A DNA stretch of 14,899 bases from Nitrospinales bacterium (GCA_046757665.1 JBHHYO010000066.1:1-14899); one strand, 5' to 3'; shown: positions 1-9,565, numbered from the stretch's first letter. The notes: a model not told the origin generated them from the sequence alone. Numbers and translations: made by a program.

Positions 1-37
1 ACCCAAACCATAATTTTTTGCTTGCGATTTTCCGCAT
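1..37 (-). CDS. possible 5' end of a gene leaving the window (MRKIASKKLWFG...), resembling the start of a signal peptide
   Basis: ATG at 37-35 with an open frame to the window edge; basic residues followed by hydrophobic ones. Only 12 codons are visible and there is no clear SD. Confidence 0.2.
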   Translation of the reverse strand, partial: MRKIASKKLWFG

Positions 38-156
38 TTCAAACTACCGTATTTTCCAATTCCAAAAATTCCCTACTTTAAATCTGTCCATAAATTGGGG
101 GAAGGTCAGTGGCGTTGTTAGAGAGAAGAGCAACCTGTTAATTTCCCGAAAGTGAA

Positions 157-1119
157 ATGTTATTCATAACCAATCGCAATTTCAAGGAAGGCAAGGTTTC
201 CACGGCGGGCAGGAAAGTCACGTTTGACCTTAACGATACGGACCCGTCCAACTCGGCTTTCTTCTGCGAACGTCACGGGAAAAATAAATACACCGAAATC
301 CTCAGTCCAAACTTTCTGGACCGATTGAAACAGGCGCAAGCCAGGCAAATCCTGCTCTACATTCACGGGTTCAATAATCTGCCCGAGAAAGATATTTTCC
401 CGCGAGCGGAGAAATTGCAAAAACTATTTAACGCCACCCAACCTGGCTTGGCTGTCGTTGTGCCTTTAATCTGGCCCTGCGACAACGACATGGGAATTGT
501 AAAGGATTACTGGGACGACCAGAAAGCGGCCGAGGCCAGCGCTTTCAGCTTTGCCCGGATGCTTGGCAAGTTTCTTGACTGGAGGGATCAGCAATCGGAA
601 GCCGACCCCTGTTTCAAGCGGATCAACATTCTCGCGCATTCCATGGGCAACCGGGTTCTGCGCTATACCCTGGAACACTGGGCGCACGATTACGGCGCCG
701 TTCAGGGCGTGTTCCGCAACATTTTTCTGGTGGCCGCCGACGTGGTCAATGAAACGCTGGAGCCCGGGCAGTCCGGTCGATTCATCTCCGACGCGGCGCG
801 CAACGTGACGGTCTACTACGCCAACGACGACCTGGCGCTACGCTCCAGCAAGGTGAGCAACTTGAAAAACAAGGTGGTCTCCAGGCGGTTGGGGCACAGC
901 GGGCCGGAAGATATGTGCCGGGTTGCCAAAAACGTCTACGCGGTCGATTGCGATAATTTCAACAATACCTACGACCCGCCGACGGGACATGCCTATTTCC
1001 TTGACCACAAGGGAAAACCCGGCTCCGTTTTCAAGCACCTGTTCCAGTCATTGAAAACCGGGCGCGTCCAGGCAAATCCGGACCGCACGTTTGAACTGCC
1101 AAAGAATTACAAACCATAA
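157..1119 (+). CDS. alpha/beta hydrolase, DUF900 (esterase/lipase superfamily) type, 320 aa
   Basis: N-terminal FITNR, oxyanion motif LLYIHGFNN, nucleophile elbow LAHSMG, candidate catalytic Asp (NDDLAL) and His (GHAYF); no signal peptide. Confidence 0.85.
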   Translation: MLFITNRNFKEGKVSTAGRKVTFDLNDTDPSNSAFFCERHGKNKYTEILSPNFLDRLKQAQARQILLYIHGFNNLPEKDIFPRAEKLQKLFNATQPGLAVVVPLIWPCDNDMGIVKDYWDDQKAAEASAFSFARMLGKFLDWRDQQSEADPCFKRINILAHSMGNRVLRYTLEHWAHDYGAVQGVFRNIFLVAADVVNETLEPGQSGRFISDAARNVTVYYANDDLALRSSKVSNLKNKVVSRRLGHSGPEDMCRVAKNVYAVDCDNFNNTYDPPTGHAYFLDHKGKPGSVFKHLFQSLKTGRVQANPDRTFELPKNYKP

Positions 1120-1176
1120 GCAGTTGTTTTTTGGTTGGGATGGTTCGAGCGACGGGGTTTTCAGTTTCCGGGACGC

Positions 1177-1543
1177 TTAGTCCCTCTCGGTTTTCCGGGG
1201 TTTGCGGGGTTTTGTTTGTATGTATTTTTTCAAGGCTTCGACGGCAACGGTGTTCAGGCTGGCCCCGGTGCGGCGCGCGAACATAACGGCTTCGCGGTGC
1301 AGGGCCGGCCCCGTGCGCACGTTAAAAATTCCCCTGAATATTTTTTCGGGTTCCCTGCCCATCTCCGTACACAGGTTAAGGTAATCGTCCACCGCTTTCT
1401 CGAAAACCCCGCAAATCCTCGACGCTTGTTCCTTCATAGGTTGAAAGACCTCCGATGAATTCGATCTTGCCGTGAAAGATGCGGTCTTTGTCGCTGTAAT
1501 GCACGGAGCCGAAGTAGTCTTTATATTTCATCATGTCTTTCAT
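1177..1543 (-). pseudogene. hicB: HicB-family antitoxin split by a frameshift near 1400-1411; no hicA partner adjacent
   Basis: SD AGAGGA (1551-1556) and ATG 1543 give MKDMMKYKDYFGSVHYSDKDRIFHGKIEFIGGLSTYEGTSVEDLR. This frame stops at 1378-1376 (55 aa). The HicB sequence continues in the +1 frame as FEKAVDDYLNLCTEMGREPEKIFRGIFNVRTGPALHREA...ASLNTVAVEAL to TAA 1179-1177. The span is 367 nt, not a multiple of 3. Confidence 0.85.
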
Positions 1544-1565
1544 AATAAATTCCTCTAAATTGTCG

Positions 1566-2900
<1,335 letters not shown>

Positions 2901-2933
2901 GAAACCCCTTGCGAAAAAATGACAGCCGCCCGG

Positions 2934-3320
2934 CTACGATTCTTCCCTGACCCGTTCGGCGTATTGTTCGGCGGACAGCAGGTTCTTCAACTCATCGGGA
3001 TTGGAGAGTTCGATCTCGATGATCCAGCCGTTGCCGTAGGGTTCCCGGTTGACCTGTTCCGGGTTGGCTTCCAGGTCCTTGTTGACGGCAGTGACCGTGC
3101 CGGCGGCGGGGGCGTACAGGTCGGAAACGGTTTTGACGGATTCGACGACGCCGAACGTGTTGCCGCCGGTGACTTGCCTGCCGACGTCGGGCAGTTCCAC
3201 GAAAACCACGTCGCCCAGTTGTTCCTGGGCAAACGCCGTGATGCCCACCACGCCGCGGGCGCCGTTCACCCGCAACCATTCATGCTCCCCGGTATACAGA
3301 AGATCGTCTGGAATTTCCAT
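2934..3320 (-). CDS. gcvH: glycine cleavage system H protein, 128 aa (start at 3320, not the 3674 start of the ORF track)
   Basis: MEIPDDLLYTGEHEW, GITAFAQEQLGDVVFVELP, lipoyl-lysine motif VESVKTVSD, VNREPYGNGWI; GGAG SD at 3326-3329. Confidence 0.97.
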   Translation of the reverse strand: MEIPDDLLYTGEHEWLRVNGARGVVGITAFAQEQLGDVVFVELPDVGRQVTGGNTFGVVESVKTVSDLYAPAAGTVTAVNKDLEANPEQVNREPYGNGWIIEIELSNPDELKNLLSAEQYAERVREES

Positions 3321-3340
3321 AACAGCTCCGTTTGCAGTCG

Positions 3341-4456
3341 CTACGATTTTTTCACATGGCTGGGAACGAACGGCAGGGGCGTCACCACCGCCGGCGCCAG
3401 CCGGTTTCTGATTTCGACCTGGACCTCGGCGCCGGGGACCGCGCAGTCCGCGGCGATCCGGGCCAGGGCGATTCCCGTTTGCAACGAGGGCGAGTAGGTG
3501 CCGCTGGTGATGCCGCCGACGCATCGGCCGTCTCGCATCACGCGGTAATGCTCTCTCGGCACGCCGCGCTCCAGGAGCTTGATGCCCGCCGTTTTTCTGG
3601 CGAGCCCCGCCGCCTTTTGTTTTCGCAAGGCCTCCTGGCCGATAAAAAAATCCTTGTTCAGTTTGATCACCCATCCCAGCCCGGCTTCCAGGGGAGAGGA
3701 TTGAGCGTCGATTTCATGGCCGTACAGCGCGTAGCCCATTTCCAGGCGAAGCGTGTCGCGCGCGCCCAGGCCCACCGGTTGCAAGGTGTAAGCCTCGCCC
3801 GCTTGCAGAATCGCCCGGCAAACTTCCTCGGCGCGCGCTGACGCCAGGTAAATCTCAAATCCGTCCTCGCCAGTGTAACCGGTTCGCGCGATGACGCAAT
3901 CAATTTGCTGGATTTTCCCCGTTTTAAAATGGTAATATTGAATATCATTCAATGGGACGTCGCACAAGCCTTGCAGTAAAGGCTCGGCGCGTTCGCCCTG
4001 GACGGCAAGCTGGGCGGTCTCGTCGCTCAAGTTTAGGATTTTTGACCTGGAGGCCCCGGCGTTGCTCGTAATCCATTGAAAATCCTTGTCCGCGTTGGAG
4101 GCATTGACGCACAGGAAATAATGGTTTTGCGAAAACCGGTGCACCAACAGGTCGTCCACCACGCCTCCGTTTTCATAGCACATCAGGGTATAGAGAATCG
4201 AGCGATCGTTCATCTTGCGGATGTCGTTGGTGATCAACCTTTGCAACAGCGCCTCCGCGTCATCGCCGCGGATTTCGATTTCTCCCATGTGGCTGACATC
4301 GAACAGGCCGACGCCGTTGCGCACCGCCAGGTGTTCCTGGATAACTCCCCGGTACTGGATGGGCATGTTCCATCCGGCAAAGGGCGCCATTTTCGCTCCC
4401 AGTTGCCGGTGAAGGTCGAACAGGGGAGTCGTTTTCAGCGGGGAATCCTGCGGCAC
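3341..4456 (-). CDS. gcvT: glycine cleavage system aminomethyltransferase T, 371 aa, GTG start
   Basis: KTTPLFDLH, FAGWNMPIQY, GLFDVSHMGEI, RTGYTGEDGFEI, GLGARDTLRLEMG..LYGHE, TSGTYSPSL motifs; AAGGAA SD at 4462-4467. Confidence 0.97.
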   Translation of the reverse strand: MPQDSPLKTTPLFDLHRQLGAKMAPFAGWNMPIQYRGVIQEHLAVRNGVGLFDVSHMGEIEIRGDDAEALLQRLITNDIRKMNDRSILYTLMCYENGGVVDDLLVHRFSQNHYFLCVNASNADKDFQWITSNAGASRSKILNLSDETAQLAVQGERAEPLLQGLCDVPLNDIQYYHFKTGKIQQIDCVIARTGYTGEDGFEIYLASARAEEVCRAILQAGEAYTLQPVGLGARDTLRLEMGYALYGHEIDAQSSPLEAGLGWVIKLNKDFFIGQEALRKQKAAGLARKTAGIKLLERGVPREHYRVMRDGRCVGGITSGTYSPSLQTGIALARIAADCAVPGAEVQVEIRNRLAPAVVTPLPFVPSHVKKS

Positions 4457-4461
4457 GTTTG

Positions 4462-4499
4462 TTCCTTGTTTAGGAAAAAGTAAGGAAAAGAGTAAGGAA
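4462..4499. repeat. three (A)AGGAA direct repeats plus one inverted copy in the gcvT leader
   Basis: Plus strand has TTCCTT 4462-4467, AGGAA 4472-4476, AGTAAGGAA 4479-4487 and AGTAAGGAA 4491-4499. Confidence 0.6.
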
Positions 4500-4501
4500 T
4501 T

Positions 4502-4530
4502 TGTATAACCAAATCACGGTGAGATATCAA
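4502..4530 (-). promoter_or_regulatory. candidate sigma70 promoter of the gcv operon with a short palindrome in the spacer
   Basis: TTGATA (4530-4525), 17-nt spacer, TATACA (4507-4502); the -10 lacks the final conserved T. TCACGGTGA palindrome at 4514-4522. Confidence 0.35.
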
Positions 4531-4590
4531 GCGCAAAATAGCTCCGGCACCGTTTGACCGTACCGCGGAACCTCGACCGACAAGGTATTT

Positions 4591-5631
4591 ATGAGCGTTG
4601 CACCGGAAATCAAAAAATACGACGCCATTTTGGTAGCCGGGGAAGGCGAGTCGAGTTTCAAGGTTTACAATCGGCACAAGGCTTTCCTCAAAATCAACGG
4701 CAAGTGCATCATCAATTATGTTCTCGAAGCCCTGCAAAAGGTCGAGTCCATACAAAGTATCTACGTCGTCGGCTCCAGGGACAAGCTCCTGCAAACCGTT
4801 CTGGAAGGCGACATCAACCTGAAGTCGCCCAAACCCATCCGCATTCTGCAACAGCACGCGAATCTTTATGAAAACATCTGGTACACTTTTTTGCAGAGTC
4901 TGGCCGTTAGCGAGGACGAGGTGGACCCGGTGGACCCGGCCTATTCCGACAGGGCGGTTTTGATCGTGCCTTGCGACGCGCCGCTGATCACCGCCCATGA
5001 AGTGGAGTATTTCATCTCGCAATGCGACATGGAGAACTACGACCATGTCCTGGGCCTGACCCCGGAGGAAAGCCTCACGCATTTCTACCCCACGGCGGAC
5101 CGGCCCGGCGTGAAAATGGCCTACCTGCACCTGGACGAAGTCTGTTGCCGGATCAACAACCTGCACCTGGTCAAACCGTTCAAAATCGAAAACCGCGAAT
5201 ACATCCAGGAAATGTACCAGTGCCGCTACCAGCGCGACATCAAAAACGTGTTCCTGTTCGGGCTGTCGCTGATCGGCAAAGGGCGGCGCGGCGGGTTTCA
5301 ATTTTTTCTGGGCCTGCAACTGGGGTTGTTCTTTTCCACGCTGAACATAAAATTTCTGGCCCGATTGTTCAGGATGCTGACGCCGAAACGAAAACTGGAG
5401 CAAGGAATTTCAAAAATCATGAAAACCCGGTTCATGGGACTTTACGTTCCATTCCCCGGAGCGGCGCTGGACATCGACAACGCCAGGGATTACGAGGCCA
5501 TCAAACTGCGGTTCGATGAATGGCGGGCCTACCTGGATCGGTTGAACCACGAATATCCTCTTCCCCGGCGCGGCGCGCCTCCCTTGGCGGAAAGCCCTGA
5601 ACGCAACCGCCAGGAAGCCTTGAAACGCTGA
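4591..5631 (+). CDS. MobA/NTP_transf_3-like nucleotidyltransferase of unknown substrate, 346 aa
   Basis: YDAILVAGEGESS...HKAFLKINGKCIINYVLEAL nucleotide-binding start, LIVPCDAPLI, C-terminal LDIDNARDY. Confidence 0.75.
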   Translation: MSVAPEIKKYDAILVAGEGESSFKVYNRHKAFLKINGKCIINYVLEALQKVESIQSIYVVGSRDKLLQTVLEGDINLKSPKPIRILQQHANLYENIWYTFLQSLAVSEDEVDPVDPAYSDRAVLIVPCDAPLITAHEVEYFISQCDMENYDHVLGLTPEESLTHFYPTADRPGVKMAYLHLDEVCCRINNLHLVKPFKIENREYIQEMYQCRYQRDIKNVFLFGLSLIGKGRRGGFQFFLGLQLGLFFSTLNIKFLARLFRMLTPKRKLEQGISKIMKTRFMGLYVPFPGAALDIDNARDYEAIKLRFDEWRAYLDRLNHEYPLPRRGAPPLAESPERNRQEALKR

Positions 5632-5664
5632 CCCTCAAATTTCCGAATTTCCCAAATAATCCGC

Positions 5665-7467
5665 ATGAGCCAACAGAACATACGCAATTTTTCGATCATC
5701 GCCCATATCGACCACGGCAAATCCACCCTGGCCGACCAGTTGATTTTGACGACCGGAGCCCTGACGCAAAGGGAAATGAAGGAACAGGTGCTGGACAGCA
5801 TGGACCTGGAGCGGGAACGCGGCATCACCATCAAGGCCCAGACGATGCTTTTAAGATACACCAGCAAGTCCGGCGCTCATTATGTTTTCAACATGATCGA
5901 TACTCCGGGCCACGTGGATTTCACCTACGAGGTTTCGCGTTCCCTGGCCGCGTGCGAGGGCGTACTGCTGGTTGTGGACGCCACCCAGGGCATCCAGGCG
6001 CAGACCATTGCCAACCTGAACCTTGCCATGCAGAACAACCTGGCGGTTATCCCGGTCATCAACAAAATCGACCTGCCCAGCGCCGACCCGGACGCGGTGA
6101 AAGAACAACTGGAAGAGATTTTACAGATCGAGGCCACCGGAGCCGTCCTGGCCAGCGCCAAGGAGGGGACCGGGATCGACGATATTCTCGAAGCCGTGGT
6201 GGAACAAATTCCGCCGCCGCAAGGCGACGACTCCCGGCCCCTGAGTTGCCTGTTGTTCGACGCCCGCTACGACTCCTATCGCGGGGTCATCGTTTTGGTC
6301 AAGGTCATGGAGGGAACCCTGCGGGTGGGAACGGAAATTTTGCTGATGGCCGCGGGCGGAAAATACGAGGTTGAGGAATTGGGCTATTACACCCCGGCGC
6401 CCAAACCGACGCAAACCCTGCGCGCCGGCGAAGTGGGATACGTCATTGCCGGCATCAAGCAACTCGACCAAACGAAAATCGGCGACACCATCACCGAGGC
6501 GGCCCGTCCGGCCACCCGGCCCCTGCCCGGATACAAGGACGTAAAACCGATGGTGTTCAGCGGCTTGTACCCTATTGTCGGCGACCAATACGAACTGTTG
6601 CGCGACGCCTTGAAAAAACTGCGCCTGAACGACGCCTCGTTCACCTATGAACCGGAAACCTCCACCGCCCTGGGATTCGGATTCCGTTGCGGATTTTTGG
6701 GTCTTCTGCACATGGAAATCGTGCGCGAACGGCTGGAAAGGGAACACGACGTCGATTTGCTGACCACCGCGCCCACGGTCATCTATAAAATCTTCACCAC
6801 CGACGGCCAGTCCGTCATGATCGAAAATCCGTCCCGGCTCGACGACTACAACAATATCCAGTCCATGCAGGAACCGTTCGTCAAGGGCACCATCATCGCT
6901 CCGGAAAAGTATGTCGGCGTTCTCATGGGGTTGGCACGCGACCGCCGCGGCACGCAAACCAAAATGGAATATCTCAGCGAGGACACCGTCCTCCTCGAAT
7001 ACGAACTGCCCTTTAATGAAATTGTTCTGGATTTTTATGACCAGTTGAAATCCATTACCCGCGGCTACGCCTCGTTCGATTATGAATTTGTGGATTTTCG
7101 AGTCTCAAATTTGGTAAAGTTGGATATTCGCTTGAACGGCGAGATCGTGGACGCCCTCTCCTCCATCGTGCATCGGGACAAAGCGTATTACCAGGGACGC
7201 GAATTCGTCAGAAAACTCAAGGCACAAATTCCCCGGCAAATGTTCGAGGTCGCCATCCAGGCGTCCCTCGGCGGCAAAGTGATCGCACGGGAAACCGTCA
7301 AGGCTCTCAGGAAGAATGTGCTCGCCAAATGTTACGGCGGCGACATCACCCGAAAAAGAAAACTGCTCGAAAAACAGAAAGCCGGAAAGAAAAGAATGAA
7401 ACAGGTTGGGAAAGTGGAAATACCGCAGGAAGCATTCCTGGCGGTGCTGAGGACCGATGGCAAATAA
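5665..7467 (+). CDS. lepA: translation elongation factor 4 (LepA GTPase), 600 aa
   Basis: [80 protein letters not shown]. Confidence 0.99.
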   Translation: MSQQNIRNFSIIAHIDHGKSTLADQLILTTGALTQREMKEQVLDSMDLERERGITIKAQTMLLRYTSKSGAHYVFNMIDTPGHVDFTYEVSRSLAACEGVLLVVDATQGIQAQTIANLNLAMQNNLAVIPVINKIDLPSADPDAVKEQLEEILQIEATGAVLASAKEGTGIDDILEAVVEQIPPPQGDDSRPLSCLLFDARYDSYRGVIVLVKVMEGTLRVGTEILLMAAGGKYEVEELGYYTPAPKPTQTLRAGEVGYVIAGIKQLDQTKIGDTITEAARPATRPLPGYKDVKPMVFSGLYPIVGDQYELLRDALKKLRLNDASFTYEPETSTALGFGFRCGFLGLLHMEIVRERLEREHDVDLLTTAPTVIYKIFTTDGQSVMIENPSRLDDYNNIQSMQEPFVKGTIIAPEKYVGVLMGLARDRRGTQTKMEYLSEDTVLLEYELPFNEIVLDFYDQLKSITRGYASFDYEFVDFRVSNLVKLDIRLNGEIVDALSSIVHRDKAYYQGREFVRKLKAQIPRQMFEVAIQASLGGKVIARETVKALRKNVLAKCYGGDITRKRKLLEKQKAGKKRMKQVGKVEIPQEAFLAVLRTDGK

Positions 7468-8134
7468 CCGGAAGAACAAGGTCCTCGCGGCCCGGCCCCA
7501 GGCACAACCCAAAAGCGTTGTCCGCGAATATGCCGAAGCGATCATCATTGCCCTGGTTCTTGCGCTGTTTATCCGCACCTTTGTCATTCAGGCCTTCAAA
7601 ATTCCCTCCGGCTCCATGAAGGACACCCTCCTCATCGGCGACCATATTCTGGTCACCAAGTTTGCCTACGGAATTCATATCCCGAATGAAATCCTGTTTA
7701 CCAACATCAAGCTTTTTCCCGATTACCGGTTGTTTGCGAAGTCTCCGGAGCGGGGAGACATCATCGTGTTCAAATACCCCCGCGACGAATCGCGCGATTT
7801 CATCAAGCGCGTCATCGGCCTGCCCGGAGACAAACTCGAAATCAGGCGGCAGAGAGTTTACATCAACGACAAACCCCTGGACGACCCCTGGGCCAACCAC
7901 AAGGAACTCCCCGGCCTGGGGCTGTTTCCTCCGCGGGACGATTTCGGACCCGTGGTCGTTCCGGAGGGACATCTTTTCATGATGGGGGACAATCGGGAAA
8001 ACAGCCAGGACAGCCGGTACTGGGGATTCCTGGACATGAACAAGATCAAGGGCAAGGCAATCCTTATTTACTGGTCGTGGGACCATCTGAACAGCCGGGT
8101 GCGTTTCGACCGTTTCGGCAAGTTACTGCGTTGA
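7457..8134 (+). CDS. lepB: signal peptidase I, 225 aa, overlapping lepA by 11 nt
   Basis: Single N-terminal TM helix, catalytic Ser in IPSGSM, Lys in [28 protein letters not shown]; canonical lepA-lepB order. Confidence 0.97.
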   Translation: MANNRKNKVLAARPQAQPKSVVREYAEAIIIALVLALFIRTFVIQAFKIPSGSMKDTLLIGDHILVTKFAYGIHIPNEILFTNIKLFPDYRLFAKSPERGDIIVFKYPRDESRDFIKRVIGLPGDKLEIRRQRVYINDKPLDDPWANHKELPGLGLFPPRDDFGPVVVPEGHLFMMGDNRENSQDSRYWGFLDMNKIKGKAILIYWSWDHLNSRVRFDRFGKLLR

Positions 8135-8139
8135 ACAAG

Positions 8140-8856
8140 ATGCACGACACACAAAACCCGGATGCTTTTCCCGAAGAGACCCGCAAGCTGGAAACCCTGC
8201 TGGACAACCGCAAGGGCATCATTCTCGACTTTGACGGATTGATTGCCGACTCCGAGCCGTTTCACTACCGCGCCTACAATGAAGTGTTCACGAAGTACGG
8301 CCATCCGCTCGACCCGGACGAATACTGGGTGGAATTTACGTCGAAGGGCCGGGGGATTGCCGGTGAGATTGAACGTCACAACCTGAAGCTGGACGTGGAG
8401 CCGGTTGAAATCCGCCGGCAAAAGTTTGCGCTCTATTCGTCGTTTTGCGAAAGCGGCGCGATCAAATTGTTTCCGGAAGCCGTCGAGCTGGTTGAGCGTC
8501 TGAACACCCGGTACCGGGTGGCCGTCGCCTCGGGGTCCTGGTCACACGATATCCGCGCCATTCTGGAACATGCCGGCGCGGTGCACCTGTTCTCCATTAT
8601 CCTGGGAAAAGAGTCCGCCCCGCGCGAAAAACCCCAGCCCGACATCTTCCTCGAAGCCGCCGAAAAATTGGCCCTGGAGCCGGCGCAATGCCTGGTCGTC
8701 GAAGACGCCTTGAAAGGGCTGACCGCCGCCCGGCAGGCCGGGATGCCCTGCATCATCATCCGCAACCGCCTCAATCAGAACATCAATTTTGATGAAGCGG
8801 ACCTGGTCCTGCCCAGCTTGAATCGATTCGTCAAGCTCCTGGAGCGTATGCGTTAA
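8140..8856 (+). CDS. HAD-superfamily phosphatase/phosphomutase (subfamily IA, beta-PGM/CbbY-like)
   Basis: Motif I ILDFDGLIADSE, motif II VASGS, motif III KPQPDIF, motif IV VVEDALKG. The start is ATG 8140 or TTG 8131, the latter overlapping the lepB stop. Confidence 0.88.
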   Translation: MHDTQNPDAFPEETRKLETLLDNRKGIILDFDGLIADSEPFHYRAYNEVFTKYGHPLDPDEYWVEFTSKGRGIAGEIERHNLKLDVEPVEIRRQKFALYSSFCESGAIKLFPEAVELVERLNTRYRVAVASGSWSHDIRAILEHAGAVHLFSIILGKESAPREKPQPDIFLEAAEKLALEPAQCLVVEDALKGLTAARQAGMPCIIIRNRLNQNINFDEADLVLPSLNRFVKLLERMR

Positions 8857-8879
8857 GACCCCGTGTCCGGCGCCTGGGT

Positions 8880-9332
8880 TCAAATAGGCTTTCCCTGCCT
8901 TTCCTTTCTCTCTGGCGGACCACTCCAGACCTTTTTCGTCCGTTTGCTGGACCGTAACTGTTTCTCGTATTGCGCGATGGCTTCCCTGATGGCTCTCTTG
9001 ACCGCTTTCACATCCAGAGGCTTTTTTAAAAACCGAAAGATTTTTCCGTCGTTGACCGCTTTTTCCATCAACTCTCCGTCGAACTGCCCGGTGGTCAATA
9101 TCCTGGAGGTACAGGGAGAGTCAACTTTCACCTTTTCCAGGAACTCCGTTCCCTTCATGTGGGGCATACGCTCATCGGTCAAAACAACGGATATGGGCCT
9201 CTCGCTTTCCATGATTTCCAGGGCTTCGATAGGGTCCGCGGAAGTGATGACCCGATAGTTTTCTTTCCCTAAAAATTTTTTGGTGAGAACGAGAATTTTT
9301 TTCTCATCGTCCACCACGAGGACTTTGTGCAT
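8880..9332 (-). CDS. stand-alone response regulator receiver with a basic C-terminal tail, 150 aa
   Basis: KVLVVDDE, phosphoacceptor LTDERMP, ILTTG, FLKKP; AGGAGA SD at 9349-9344. The ATG at 9419 lies too close to the -10 box to be the likely start. Confidence 0.9.
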   Translation of the reverse strand: MHKVLVVDDEKKILVLTKKFLGKENYRVITSADPIEALEIMESERPISVVLTDERMPHMKGTEFLEKVKVDSPCTSRILTTGQFDGELMEKAVNDGKIFRFLKKPLDVKAVKRAIREAIAQYEKQLRSSKRTKKVWSGPPERKERQGKPI

Positions 9333-9423
9333 GTCTAGAGAAATCTCCTGGTATGTTGAACTCTCTTTCTGCAATGACGAGCCACGGAAGATTTTTACTG
9401 ATTCATTCAAGAAGAGCATCTTT

Positions 9424-9452
9424 ATTATAATTCAATTAACAAATACTGTCAA
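9424..9452 (-). promoter_or_regulatory. perfect-consensus sigma70 promoter for the receiver gene
   Basis: TTGACA (9452-9447), exactly 17 nt, TATAAT (9429-9424), with AT-rich sequence upstream. Confidence 0.85.
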
Positions 9453-9537
9453 TGTATTATTTAAGGATTTCCTAACGCCGCCCAGGCTTGCCGGGAAAGT
9501 TAAGCAGGCCATTATCAGACCATTTCCCGGCCCCTGA

Positions 9538-9565
9538 TAAAGTTTCGTCCGTTTCCATACGATAG
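9538..9565 (+). promoter_or_regulatory. candidate sigma28 (FliA/SigD)-type promoter for the 9620 gene
   Basis: TAAAGTTT (9538-9545), 12 nt, TACGATAG (9558-9565), against consensus TAAAGTTT-N11-GCCGATAA; the spacer is one base long. Confidence 0.35.

Noticed and set aside
1135..1176. GGTTCGA T-loop-like sequence suggesting a tRNA or att site
   Set aside because: The flanks do not form a T-stem or acceptor stem; no cloverleaf.
1190..1220. CGGGGTTT repeats
   Set aside because: Explained by the KPRKPRK coding tail of hicB on the minus strand; not a CRISPR or independent repeat.
1403..1409. G-GGT-TTT as a -1 slippery heptamer in hicB
   Set aside because: It fits X-XXY-YYZ, but a -1 shift enters a non-HicB frame (SRKRW...); the HicB continuation needs +1 or -2.
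3321..3674. N-terminal extension of GcvH in the ORF track
   Set aside because: Overlaps gcvT in another frame; GcvH similarity and an SD begin at ATG 3320.
4457..4590. Glycine riboswitch upstream of gcvT
   Set aside because: No aptamer core motifs are visible and the space is shared with a divergent gene; a covariance search would be needed to exclude it formally.
4435..5403. 322-aa minus-strand ORF, and similar ones at 6121-6957, 7346-8086 and 12060-12743
   Set aside because: All lie opposite well-supported genes and show no independent protein features.
7010..7140. Locally AT-rich stretch inside lepA suggesting mosaicism or an internal promoter
   Set aside because: The protein sequence is canonical and rich in F/Y/E/D/N/K codons; no convincing promoter spacing or breakpoint is visible.
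9370..9377. GCAATGAC matching the end of the 10142-10243 element
   Set aside because: Only 8 nt with no partner arm; compatible with chance.
9333..9419. Longer 179-aa version of the response regulator
   Set aside because: ATG 9419 is only 4 nt from the -10 hexamer, and the receiver fold and an SD start at 9332.
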